DNA of 63,414 nucleotides, filler included, from Rhabdomonas costata (GCA_019059605.1; 51 parts of 51 records of this genome joined end to end with filler, not necessarily neighbours in it), one strand, 5' to 3'; positions 38,615 to 50,755 are shown, counted from the whole stretch's first letter. Notes: generated by a model from the letters alone, not told the origin. Numbers and translations: made by a program.

Positions 38615-39745
38615 ATGGTGATCAACTTTGTGTACTACCTGGACAAACCCGTGTGCGCCAAGGAGGTCCGTTTCTTGCCTCCCGCCCCCCGCCCCCTGGC
38701 TCGGTACCCTCTTTTCCCCATTTGCTTTCCTCAAATTCTCAACCCGCACAGAGTGTGGATGAGTGGAAAGCCGTCTTGCTTAGGAATGCGCCGGCATTTT
38801 GAAGCGGTCTAACGGTCTCCAAAGAAGGCGTCAAGAACACTGACGTTTTTACTCCGCACTTGTTGGAGGGCCCTCTTTTAAAAAAAAACTGGTTAGCTTC
38901 AGGTTTTTCGTCGTTTTGGTTTTGGGGACACGCATCCTTGCATTCACGATGCCCGGTTAGACATCCACTGAGGTTACCGTTCATCCGTGTGGTTTAGCTC
39001 GTTGACCACCACGTCGTGTGATGCCGAGGCTCTAACCTGGGGATGCGCGAGCTAACCTGGCTTTCCCGAAGCGCCAAGCCCTGTGTGGTTGGGTACTTGT
39101 TGTGGTGCATCATCAGTAATCCTCACGGAGGGTTGTTTCAACACCAAACAATTCAGTTCATGCCCTATCTGGAGCGGTGGCTCCAGGAGTACCCCCGGTA
39201 CCGGTGCGAGGTGACCTGCCGCTGGGGCTTCTTCTACGACTGGAAGCCCATCCCAGACTTCGACCCGATCAAGCTGGGGTGTGTGTGTGGGGCCCCCTCT
39301 CCCTCCCTTTTCGATTTGGTTTCATCTCTTCCTTCTCTTCTTGAAATTGATGAAAGAGCTCGAACTTGTATTTACGAATTCAAAGAGGAGGAGGAGGAAG
39401 CTGGGCTCTCCGGAATTCTTCACAGGAGCTCGTTCTCTGTTTTCCGGATCCTTCTTGTATTCCTCTTAAACACAGTACAGCCACTCGCGAAACCACATAT
39501 GCCACAGGATAATTTCTCGGAATTGCATCTCCCCCCGCCTTTTGCAGTGAGCCGTGTAGTGCACCGTTCGACGTAATAAAGGCCGCAATGGGTTCACTTT
39601 GACTTGGGCGGGGCTAAGGCACCCACCTCACTGGAAGGGGCGGAACTCTTCTTGTTTCAGGCTGGTGAAGGACGTCCAGCTACAAAACTGTTCGGACGAG
39701 GGAGTGAAGGACTTTATCGAGGAGGTCTTCAACCAGCCAATGAAC
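38615..39745 (+). CDS. Wax ester synthase/diacylglycerol acyltransferase (WS/DGAT) N-terminal region, exons 38615-38665, 39157-39278, 39661-~39745
   Basis: MVINFVYYLDKPVCAKE|FMPYLERWLQEYPRYRCEV...DWKPIPDFDPIKLG|LVKDVQL...VKDFIEEVFNQPMN. This matches the WS/DGAT pattern 'M.i...PRfR..v...W....dFD...v....l.....Pld'. Both introns are phase-correct. Confidence 0.75.
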
Positions 39746-39880
39746 CAACCCAACNNNNNNNNNNNNNNNNNNNNNNNNNNNNNNNNNNNNNNNNNNNNTT
39801 AATTAATTAANNNNNNNNNNNNNNNNNNNNNNNNNNNNNNNNNNNNNNNNNNNNAGGGGGGGCGGGAGGGAGTGCCGCGC

Positions 39881-40999
39881 CTGCTCGTAGGCCTTCTTAG
39901 CGGCCATCAGGTCCTCGGTGTCGACCCATTTCCATTGCAGCAGGGTCCGCTCGGGCAGTGTGCACTGCGTCGGCGACGAGTTCACGAAGTTGCTGCCAGT
40001 GTCTAACGGCGCTCGAGCGGTCGACAAGCTTGGCCTTTGCACTGCCATGAGAGAGCGTCACGGACGTGCAGTAAGTCTTAGAGCGCGGGTTTGTTTGCTA
40101 TTGACAACAGACTCATCAACCTCAGAGAGAAGGAGCGAGAAGGGTCGGGAAGTGCTCCCTCCCACCTAAATCCCTAACACCACCACCACTCAGGCACCGG
40201 AGGTTACTGCACCGATTCCGACCGAGAACGAGGCCATCCATCAAGGGCCGGGGGTGCGACGACCCAAGCGAGCTTGAAAAAAGACAAAAAAGAAAGCCCC
40301 CTGCTGAAAAAAAAACGAGGCCTCCGCTTCGTTTTCGTCGATGGGGACATCCTAAAGGTCATCACTCGAGCTGCACCACATGACACGCGTCCCTGCTTAC
40401 CTTCACCACATCCTTGCGAACATGTTCCATAAACCGAAGATGTGACCCTGCTACCCATGCCCCCGCCCAAGCGCTGCGTCGTTCCTGGATCCCCCGCATA
40501 CGCGCCCACAAACGCGGAGGTGGAGAATAAGAAGCTCTTGTGGTGCCTGTCGACAGTTGAAGAACTGTCCCTAAGTCAAAGAATAAAATACTGCGTCCTG
40601 TGAACCCAGGCGGCGCACCTCCTCCCCCGACACTGGACCCAGCGCGGGACGTTCAGCAAGCTTCTGGGCAAATGCTTGCGCGACGAATACCGATGCCCCG
40701 CACGCGGTTGCACTGAAGTGCAGAAGTGAACACCACCCTTTGATCTCGCATCCCCCCAGTAGTTAGCCGCCGATTAGTACCGATTAGTTCAGTCCCACAC
40801 GTCGGCCACGGCCCTTCCTGCGGCCTCACTGGAAGAGAAAAGTGCCTCCAATACGGTGGGACACACAGAGTGGCATATGTACCTAAATTGGTGACCGAAG
40901 AGTTGACAGCGGCATGGGAGTGCACCGTCAGTAGGGGCTCGTACACCGTCAGCACCTCCGCTCGGCCGGGCACCGCCAGGCGGCCCAGCTTGCGGAACA
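39881..40999 (-). CDS. C-terminal end of a class III nucleotide cyclase domain and downstream exons (40999-40926 ... 40002-39881)
   Basis: FRKLGRLAVPGRAEVLTVYEPL matches the cyclase tail 'R.lg.v.VKGr.e...vYE.l'. Probable intervening exons lie near 40620-40664 and 40400-40536. Confidence 0.65.
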
Positions 41000-43925
41000 N
41001 NNNNNNNNNNNNNNNNNNNNNNNNNNNNNNNNNNNNNNNNNNNTTAATTAATTAANNNNNNNNNNNNNNNNNNNNNNNNNNNNNNNNNNNNNNNNNNNNG
41101 TGGTGTTGGCTTTCCTTTCCCGTCCTTTGGGAAATAGCACGGGCACAACTTGGGAATAAAGATATGTGGGTGGATGTGTTGGTGTGGGTGGGTTGGTGTG
41201 GGTAGGTTGGTGTGTGTGTGTGTGTGTGCGCGCGCGCGCATGCATGCGTGTGTTTCTGTTTTGTCTGTTTTTTCCGCGCCTGGATGGCCGCCGCTCTGGG
41301 CTGCGGGCTGCGCCAAGGTTCTCATTTTCTGCCTTTTCGGGCCTTGCCCGGGGCCGCCGTTTCCACCCGAAATATGCCAACATGAAACTTCCTGGGATTG
41401 CTTGGTGCCCAAATGATCGATCGATGGCGTGGTCGCCAACAGGGTGGAAGCGCAAACCGCAAAACCAAATCTCTGCGCGACCCCCCCGGGGGCGACCGCG
41501 ACAAAAATCGAACACATGCAAAAGGAAGAATGAAGGAAAGGGCGGCGAAGTTCGTGGCAAGGCGGATCTTTTTGTGGTCCTTTCTCTTTTTATTTTTATT
41601 AGGGCACGCGTATTGGCGCGGGCTGTCCACGTCCAATTTTCTTGATGGGACCCGGGACCGGCCCTTCTGAAGCCAGATTTCGGCCACAAGGACGCCGTAT
41701 ACCTCCTCCTCCGCAATGTCTCCGTTTAAATAAAACACCCAAAACCTGAGGTCGGCGCTGCCGTCGTGGTTTGCGGTTTCGAACGCATTGGCGGGCATTA
41801 TCGGAAACAATGACAAGACCTTTCCGAAGCTCTGAAGGATGATATGAAAGACTGCAAGTGCAGCCGCTGCCGGTTCAAGCCCGAGGCCACGCCAACACCA
41901 TTGACACGAACAACATAAAGTGGAAATGACTCCGGACGATAGCGGAAATCGGCCGCAAGTTTCGCTTTTGGGGCGATATCGACCAAGTCTTCTAGGATCT
42001 ACCTTCCCTTTTATGTCGGCTGGTGCGCCCGGAGTAACCCCACGCTTCTCTCAAAGCTCTGGGGCTGTGCGGAAGCAGCTTGAAAGAAGAACTGGGCCAG
42101 AAAGGCGGAAGACGGCACTCACCGCCCTGAGCCGCAATGTCACACTGGCTTTAGGACTACAATTCGGGAAGTGCATGAGCATCTGGTTTTCTGGCTCACT
42201 CTGGTCGGCTGCAAGAGCTGGTACCAACAAGAAATGGCTACCCANNNNNNNNNNNNNNNNNNNNNNNNNNNNNNNNNNNNNNNNNNNNTTAATTAATTAA
42301 NNNNNNNNNNNNNNNNNNNNNNNNNNNNNNNNNNNNNNNNNNNNGAACCGTGACCTCAGAATCAGAGTTGATCAAGAAGTCCGTGGTCTTCCTCCAGACT
42401 CTGAGTTCTCAGGAGTCAACCTCGCTGCTGTGTCTTAGGAACGCTGGGGATGGCAGGTTGCCTTCAGCACCTTATCTCGTGAACTCTGGCAGATAAGCAA
42501 AAGGAGAGAAAGGCACTGAAGGGGAAAATGGGAGGAGAACGACAAGCAGTGTCGTCCAGTGTCGTCCGCAGAAGGCGCCTCCTTCCTTCCGTCCTGCTCC
42601 TCTCTCACCGCATCTGACTCCCGGCTCGCTTGCGCCGACCTAAGAAGTTTCACTCTGTGAGAATGTCTTTTTGACAATGGATGCTCCAGGTTTCGACGTT
42701 GTTGTTCTTTGCTCGGCTTCATCGAAGGTTTTGCCTTTGGACTAGCAAGAAAAGAAAGGGCTGAAGAAGTGGGTGCAACGGTTGAGCATTCGCTCTTTCT
42801 CAGTTGGTGGTTTCAGTAACTTTCCGTGGTAGAGAAGAACGCGTTTTTCGTTGCAGAATGCCTCATAGATTTAAACAACCACATTTTAACAACTCGCATA
42901 AGTCCGTTTTGCAGGGAAGGGGGGCCAGCTACCACTCTGCTGCGAATCGTCCAGGTCCTCGCGTGCTGCGTCGATCCGAAAAGTATGAGAATGGAGAAAA
43001 TGTGTATGCCGCTGAAGCTGATGGTAGTTATCTGCCTTTAGGAGCATGCAACTTCCCGACGCTCTTCTGGAGCTGCCTCGCAGGCTTCTGTGCCTTTGCA
43101 TTTTCCGCGCTTTGTGCCTGTAGCCTAAAGAAACCAAGGCGAAGCCTCCTACTTCCACCAAGGAACCGAAATCGTGGGCTTCGCATCTGGCGGTGTGGCG
43201 AACTCCGACAAACTGAGCCAACGATCAGCAAATGCAGTGAACCAACCGAAAACTTGCCGCGTTCGCTCACAGAAGGAGGGGGGTACAGCAAGCCGCTCTA
43301 ACTCCCTGCAGTCACATAAAGGAAATTTTCCAACCGCTGATTCCGAAATCAAACGCCCGCCAGGGATTTGCCTGCGGGATTTACTTTTCTGGGGAAGACA
43401 GGCCCTATCGTTGACTCTCCCAGCTTCTATTCCTTCCCTCTTTCACAGGTGTGCAACTCGAGCAACCACACGGGTGAACAACCACACACNNNNNNNNNNN
43501 NNNNNNNNNNNNNNNNNNNNNNNNNNNNNNNNNTTAATTAATTAANNNNNNNNNNNNNNNNNNNNNNNNNNNNNNNNNNNNNNNNNNNNACCCCCATACC
43601 CACCTTTAGAGACACCAACTCATGTCGGTCTTTAGGTCAGGGTATGGTGGGGAGGGGGTGCACCCTTAGCCCATCTCTGTCTCTGGCACCGCAGGTAGGG
43701 GTGGTCTTCGGGTTTCTGGATTCGGGGTTCGGTATTTGGTATTCTTGGTGGTATTCGTGCTCCCGAGTCGAGGATTTCAGTGTATCGGTGTTGGTGGGTA
43801 TTTGGATTTCGGTCTTTGGGTTTGGGGTTAGGTATTCGGCATTCTGGGGTGGAGGTTTTAGGTCTGGTGAGTGTCTGCGAGTTGAGGATGGTATTGAGTC
43901 GGGTATTTGGTGTTGGGTTTCGCTT

Positions 43926-44622
43926 TCGGCCTTTTGGTCTTCGGGTTCGGGGTTCGTGAAGTCCTTCGGGATCTCACAGGCACAAGTAGTTTAACGGCAA
44001 TGCCCATGGTTTAGGGGGTGGAACGCCTATTCCAGTGACGAGGTAGCCGTATTTAGTAGGCAGGGTTCAGGCATTCGGCATTCGGCATTCGGTTTCGCGT
44101 CTCTGGCTTCGGGTTCGGTTTCGGTTTCGGGTTCGCGTGTCATGGGTTGGGGTCACGGTTTTAGCGCTTAAGACAAGGATGGTGATGCTACGTTGATACT
44201 TCGCGATTGTGGTGGTGAATTCCGTACGTTGGCCTTCTTCGGTGTGCTTGACCTTCTTCGATGTGCTGTCTCGGCCTTTTGGTCTTCGGGTTCGGGGTTC
44301 GTGAAGTCCTTCGGGATCTCACAGGCACAAGTAGTTTAACGGCAATGCCCATGGTTTAGGGGGTGGAACGCCTATTCCAGTGACGAGGTAGCCGTATTTA
44401 GTAGGCAGGGTTCAGGCATTCGGCATTCGGCATTCGGCATTCGGTTTCGCGTCTCTGGCTTCGGGTTCGGTTTCGGTTTCGGGTTCGCGTGTCATGGGTT
44501 GGGGTCACGGTTTTAGCGCTTAAGACAAGGATGGTGATGCTACGTTGATACTTCGCGATTGTGGTGGTGAATTCCGTACGTTGGCCTTCTTCGGTGTGCT
44601 TGACCTTCTTCGATGTGCTGTC
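43926..44622. repeat. Two near-identical tandem units of ~345 and ~352 bp in G/T-skewed repeat DNA
   Basis: Unit 1 is 43926-44270 and unit 2 is 44271-~44622. They differ by one extra GGCATTC (3 versus 4 copies). Confidence 0.93.
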
Positions 44623-45297
44623 TCGGTCTTACTCAACCATTCCCTCTCTCCACACCAGCTAAAGTGACTCGGTTTTCCTCTCCGCTCACCACCACCAATC
44701 GCTGCTTCTACGGGTTTCCTTTTGTCGCGTCTTCGGGTNNNNNNNNNNNNNNNNNNNNNNNNNNNNNNNNNNNNNNNNNNNNTTAATTAATTAANNNNNN
44801 NNNNNNNNNNNNNNNNNNNNNNNNNNNNNNNNNNNNNNTTGTGGGTGGAGGGCTACAAATGGTTTCGTCAAGTAAAAAAACGAACTCCTCTCTCTCTCCG
44901 TTTGCGAATGACTGACATCGCTTGCACACTCGTTGCTCAAGATTGTTTGGAGGTTACTCTCTCTGTTCCATTTTTAGTGGACTTCATCCGAATGTTGGTC
45001 CCATTTCTGCTTGCATGAGTGAGAGGACCAGAGAGCAGCACAGCGACTGATTGAGAGAGGTACTCAGAGGGGTGTGTCCCCACAGGTCGGGCGGCGCGAA
45101 TTAGGGACTCAGCAGGGGCTGCGTCTTCCAGCCCCGCCAGTTCGCGCCATTGTAATGAGAACTTGCGCAGTGCGGTGGAGAGGACCACCATCGCCGTGAG
45201 AAGACTGCCGTTGCGGGGGGAACTGCATTCTTGGAGTGACTGCCTGGGGTGGGGGGAGGTGCTACCCCTCTTCGATATCCTCACCTGAAGGGCGACG

Positions 45298-45609
45298 ATG
45301 AAGCAGAGAAGGGTTTTTTCGGCTGCCTGGCGGGTTGTGGTCGTTGTCGCTCTGCTCAACATCGCCGGGCTGTTGATTGCGTTCTCTATGGGCAGCAGCT
45401 CAGGCGCCACCGCTGAGGATGGCAGTGCCTTGGTGGGAGGTGGGGCCCTGCCGTCGGCAAGCGGGGTACCCTCGCAGGGGAGGGTTAGCCCCCGCAGAAG
45501 CTTGGGGAGGGTGGTTGTAGTGAACGCCGGCGGGGTATTAGGATACAGTGTGATCAAGGAGCTGGTGCAGATGGGGGCTGACGTGCTCGCGCTGGATGAC
45601 TGGGAGGAG
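45298..45609 (+). CDS. First exon, type II membrane-anchored NAD-dependent epimerase/dehydratase-like protein
   Basis: A short basic N-terminus, TM helix and Gly/Ser stem precede Rossmann-like RVVVVNAGGVLGYSVIKELVQMGADVLALDDW. Donor GTTGCC at 45610. Confidence 0.65.
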
Positions 45610-46083
45610 GTTGCCGCAGCTCACCCATATCCCTTATATACCTCCTATCCCGTGTGCATCCTCGTGAATCCTCGTTGAATCCTCGTTTCCCGTGTGCAAC
45701 GTATCGGCTCAACCCAGGGCAGGTGGGAGTTGTTTTTTTTTTGCATGCTGCCTCTGCGTAGCCGCTTGCCTGCCCACCCGCCTGATTGAACTCACGCGTT
45801 AACCCCTGCGCAACTGGGTTTCCTTGGTGATGAGCTTTAAAGAAGACCGCGCAGAAAAAGACAGCACCCGCTCAGCATTCAGGAACCTTTGCAACCGAGA
45901 GACTTCCGCTTTCTCCGAAACATGCCTCTGAGCCCTGCGCGCTGTTGCACAGGTGTGCCCCTCAAGACTGCTCCCCCCCAACCNNNNNNNNNNNNNNNNN
46001 NNNNNNNNNNNNNNNNNNNNNNNNNNNTTAATTAATTAANNNNNNNNNNNNNNNNNNNNNNNNNNNNNNNNNNNNNNNNNNNN

Positions 46084-47228
46084 CGACAGGTCAATTGGAT
46101 AAACGAAGACAAAACACCGGCAATTCTTTTCCCATCCAAGGCCAAGGTCTCTGGGCCCCGATCCAAATCCCGAGCGGTTGACAGTAATCGCAGGAGCCAA
46201 CGCAAGCCTGGAAGCCGTTGCGACAAAATGATGATTTGCGACCATGATGCTAAGTTCACCTCCTTCGTTACGAAACAACAAGCCTTGTGGCATGGCCGGT
46301 AAAAATCTATCCAGCATGCCGAAGCAATCTTTGGTGAAGAAGAGTGACGGGAAGTCCAAGCTTCGAAGGCATACCTCTCCCTGTTGACCTGTCGCAAAGC
46401 TGAACTTCAGGCGAAGCCTTGGCATCTCAACAGTCCAGGTTTCACTGGTGACAGCCCAGACAAGCACATTGGAAACATTTTCGAGGCGAGCTAAGATAAT
46501 AGCCAAGGAATGAACCGCGTTGCACCCAGCCAAAAGATTGACGAGCCTAACACCGTCAGACTCAGCTGGTACTTCCCTCACAGGGAGCGGAAACCGTGTC
46601 ACAGTTGCAACATCAGAGAAAACTCTGGTGGAATTCGTCGAAAAGACCACTTCTATGTAAAAAGACGGTGCAGGCTTCACGTCGTATCCTCGCAAGATCC
46701 CACTACTGTCTTGCCAAAACTGATAATCTCGCAGCAACGCATCAGGTAGACGGCCTGAAAGGATGGCGCTGGGAACAAACCACTCTTTACGAGCTGCAGA
46801 AAAACCACAGGGGCGTGACAAAACCACAGAAGGTTCCTCTTTCTCTTGGTATGCCATCAGCGCCTGAAAGGGAAAATCAGCGCTGAAGGTAGGCTGGAGC
46901 TCATGAAACGAGAACCGCGCATCCGTGGTGCCTACCAAACGACGATAGCAGCGTCGCCCAAAAGAGACCCGGCGGAAGCAATGCATGACTGAAAAGCTCC
47001 GAAGTACGCAAAGCTCGTATATCAGGATGTCAGCCTTAAGAACAGGAAGCCAAACAACTTCAGCGCCCGGATCTACAAAATGTGGAAACAGCACCATCAG
47101 AACTTCAGGTTCACTCTGGTCATCGGCTTCGACAGCAGGGGCAATGGGAAAAGCAGCCGAGACAAAGTCGTTCGTAGTAAGCAATTCAGTCAGCCAACGA
47201 TCCTCAGGCGCGGTCTCGAAGTTGCTTT
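46084..47228 (-). CDS. Intron-free internal fragment (~381 aa) of a very large protein, probably DUF3638/DUF3645 family
   Basis: The frame is open across the whole contig. Motifs LPDALLRDYQFWQ..LRGY, LARLENVSNVLVW, VEMPRLRLKF and FVYPIDLS recall the region upstream of DUF3638 in giant protist proteins (from memory). Confidence 0.55.
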
Positions 47229-50190
47229 NNNNNNNNNNNNNNNNNNNNNNNNNNNNNNNNNNNNNNNNNNNNTTAATTAATTAANNNNNNNNNNNNNNNN
47301 NNNNNNNNNNNNNNNNNNNNNNNNNNNNTGTTGGGGGGCGCGCTCAATGTCAAATAGGGAGCCAAAATATCAGCCATTGAGCGCGCCCGCCAATACCTTC
47401 TTCATTGCGTTTTTGCGGAATGCAACGGGGGGAAGGGAGGCCAAGCAAACGGAAATTCCGCAAGCTTTGCCCAAAGCGACGACGGGCAGTGGCAAAATAA
47501 CAAACAGCACAAAGGCAATGGGAGAGCATACAGAAACGGGAAATACGACGCACACAAACAAGGAAGCAAATTGGCTTTTACACTGAGGGGGGCTCCCACT
47601 TCACCTTATTCAGGAAGCACGCCGGTCATGATCCAAAAACTTTCCATTCCGTATCACCACTATCAAAGCGCCAAGTAAAGGAGCACAGTTTGCACCAACG
47701 GCAGGTTTCTGTCAGAGGCAAACGTCCTACAACGTTTCAAGGGCACGGGACACCTCAATGTTTGTATGTTCCATCTCATCCCATGAAGAAGTCCAAATGG
47801 TGGTTTTCTAACGAGGTACCTGGTTCAGTCCCCTTTACCAAGTATAGTTCAAGGTGTCGGATGAGAATGAGCCGGACATGTTGGCCTCCCGAAAAACCTT
47901 TCTTATCTGAAAAGTAGCCCTTGCCTTCGAGCAATGCCCTGTGTTTGGATCGGTCACCAACCACTTGTCCCACGGGAGTTCACTCAAAAAGTGTCACGGA
48001 CAAAGAGTTTGCAGGTCCAATGCCCATGACCCATCCCATGGTCCCAACAATCAACACCCAGCAACGCCTCTCCAATGGCAGGGGACCAAAATCAAAAGGA
48101 AGAAAACCCCGGCAAAGTGTGCGTGCGCGTGTGGAAAACAAATACAAAAAAAGGCACGAAATGGACGAGAAGGAAGGTACAAGAAGCGCAATCACGTGCG
48201 CTGCCGCACGCAAATACACGCAAGGAAAACGGCAAGGAGAGGTACAAGCACAGGCGGCGGCAAGAACGTAAAAAGGGAAAGTGCATGTCGCAGTGACCCT
48301 CAACAGTTAATTTCAGGTAGTGCAATCAGGTTCATGTGCAAAGCCCCGAGAGTGACTAAAGCCCATATCTGCAGTGAGTCGGACATGCGCATAGAACGCC
48401 AGCGTGCAGCTATTCCGGAAATTATGCGGCATGCGTGGCTCAAAACATGATATCGTACGTTACCACACCCCCCNNNNNNNNNNNNNNNNNNNNNNNNNNN
48501 NNNNNNNNNNNNNNNNNTTAATTAATTAANNNNNNNNNNNNNNNNNNNNNNNNNNNNNNNNNNNNNNNNNNNNAGAAACGAACGCGGACTAATGACGCGA
48601 AGCGGTTGGTGGTCCCATTCAGCGGAGTCGACTCCTCTGCTTGGGCACCGCGTCCTTTTTTCAGCCGCCCAGTCCCTGCTTGTCCGGGTGGCGACAAGGC
48701 CTGGCGCTCTTTTCAGTCGGTGCTCAACCACCTGGAGAAGTTCCACTTTAAGTTCGGGAAAGTTGTGTCCCTCCTCTTCCGAAGCCCCGAAGCCAGTTTT
48801 TCGTTCAGCCCAAGCCGACATCAAAAAGCTTTTCAGTCCGATCGGTGCGCGTGGTACATATATAGAGGTTCAGCTTCTTCTGTTTCCAAGACGTAGTGTC
48901 ATGTTTTAACCTTGGACGTCACTTTTTGAGAAGAGAAAAGGCATTTCGGTGGAAAGAAGCTCAATAAATTTCATGACGGTGCACGAAGCGGATGAGACTG
49001 GGGATGCTTCAGCAAGTTCACAGTCTCCGTATCTCATGGATACCTTCGCCGAGCACGCCCAATGAAACAACACAAAACACAGCAAGAAAGGGGGGTTCAT
49101 ATGGTGGGGAAGTAGTCCAGCCCCCACCAGATTCTTTTTCAGAGGTGAGGTGGAACCCGTCGAACGCCGTCGAAGCCGAAGACGGTCTCTATTCGCTCCG
49201 CTAAAACTGAGGCCAGACCAGTCCAAGAAACGAGATTCGAATGCACCATCATCACGCCGGTACCTTTGGCGGCTCGTGGCCGGTCGCGGAGCACTTGCGG
49301 ACGCAGGTCCTGTTACAAAAATACGTCACCGACTGCGGGCGGGATGGGTTTGTCACCCCTTTCCCCTTTCCCGTTTTTGCCGCGCGTTTACGACCGAAGA
49401 CTGATACTGATTTGCACTTATTACAGTTCATTGTCATGTCTAGCAACCCCTATAATAGGGCGGGGTACAATGGCGATATGCACCCCTCTTGCAGGGAGTA
49501 TACCTTTGAGTGACCCAAACGTCGACGCACAAATGTCTGTCAACATATATACGCATACAGTGTCCCAGACACCCAAACCAGAAATATTGAATTCCGAAAT
49601 AGACATTTTATGGGGGGGGCTAACCTTTTCCCCCTTTCTTTTTTGGAAGCTCGCTTTGGCCCATTAAACGCACGGTGAGGAACACGCCAAGGCCTTCTCT
49701 TTTTCCGCACCACAACCCNNNNNNNNNNNNNNNNNNNNNNNNNNNNNNNNNNNNNNNNNNNNTTAATTAATTAANNNNNNNNNNNNNNNNNNNNNNNNNN
49801 NNNNNNNNNNNNNNNNNNGGTGTGGGGGCAAGACCTGAAGCGAATATATCCGGCAGTGGACTCGGACGATGACAGCAAGGCGCTTCAGGTCTTGCCCCCA
49901 CCATACGCATAAATCACACCTTACACCCAAACCGTATACCCCACACCGCTGTGTCATTCAATTGACCGAATTCCTGGACGCCCGCCTGCAATATAATATC
50001 AGCCTATCATCCCGCAAAAACTTTCTTGTGGTGTGGTGTTGGGTGTATGGGGTTAGTGCATCTGGTACTGTGCATGGGGTTTGTGCATTCTTGCGAACAC
50101 GCTACAGTCTATCGATCTTGCTTTCTTTTCCAAAAGAGAGAGCGCTTAACTGCTGTTGGTTTGATTTGCACTGTGATTCGTTGGATATAG

Positions 50191-50755
50191 GAGGAAGCGG
50201 AAGAGGCCTCGGAGGGTGGCGTTGTCCCCTCCTTGGTCGGCTCCACCACTGAGCTTCCTCTCTCCGACCTCAGCGCAGTCCGCGTGGTGCAGGCATCCCC
50301 ACAGGCGGCTCTGCAATCTCCGCCTCAGTCCGTATGTTGGAATGGCTTGAGATTTCCTTTTCTGCTGCGTCATCCGTTATCCCACTTCTTGCTCTGTAGT
50401 CTTGTGTTTGCCTCACTGAATCGTTCGGACGCAGGTGTCCTCCGACGATTGCTTGCCTTCGCGTGTAAATGTGTGAATGGTTTTCTTCTTTCACTTAGGA
50501 CGTGTCTGTGTCCGTTTGTTCGTCTTTGTGTATGTTTGTGTGATGTAAAGTCAGAAAAGAAAACACACACACACACACAAGTTTTCAAACGTTCGGCGGT
50601 GAGGTGCTGGCACGGCGACGCCTGCAGATACCGGTGCTGCCCGTTCACCCATCCGAAAGAAAAGCTCCAAGGGCCGTTCCCGCGAGAAAAGACCCCAGCC
50701 CCCCAAGGAAGGAGTGTGGAATCGCAGAGACCGGAGCCGCAATGGAGCAATGCAG
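50191..50755 (+). CDS. Probable CCCH zinc-finger protein, exons 50191-50331, 50435-50462, 50582-~50755
   Basis: A phase-compatible chain including a 28-nt microexon gives ...FKRSAVRCWHGDACRYRCCPFTHP (C-x5-C-x4-C-x3-H). An alternative frame is also open. Confidence 0.45.
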
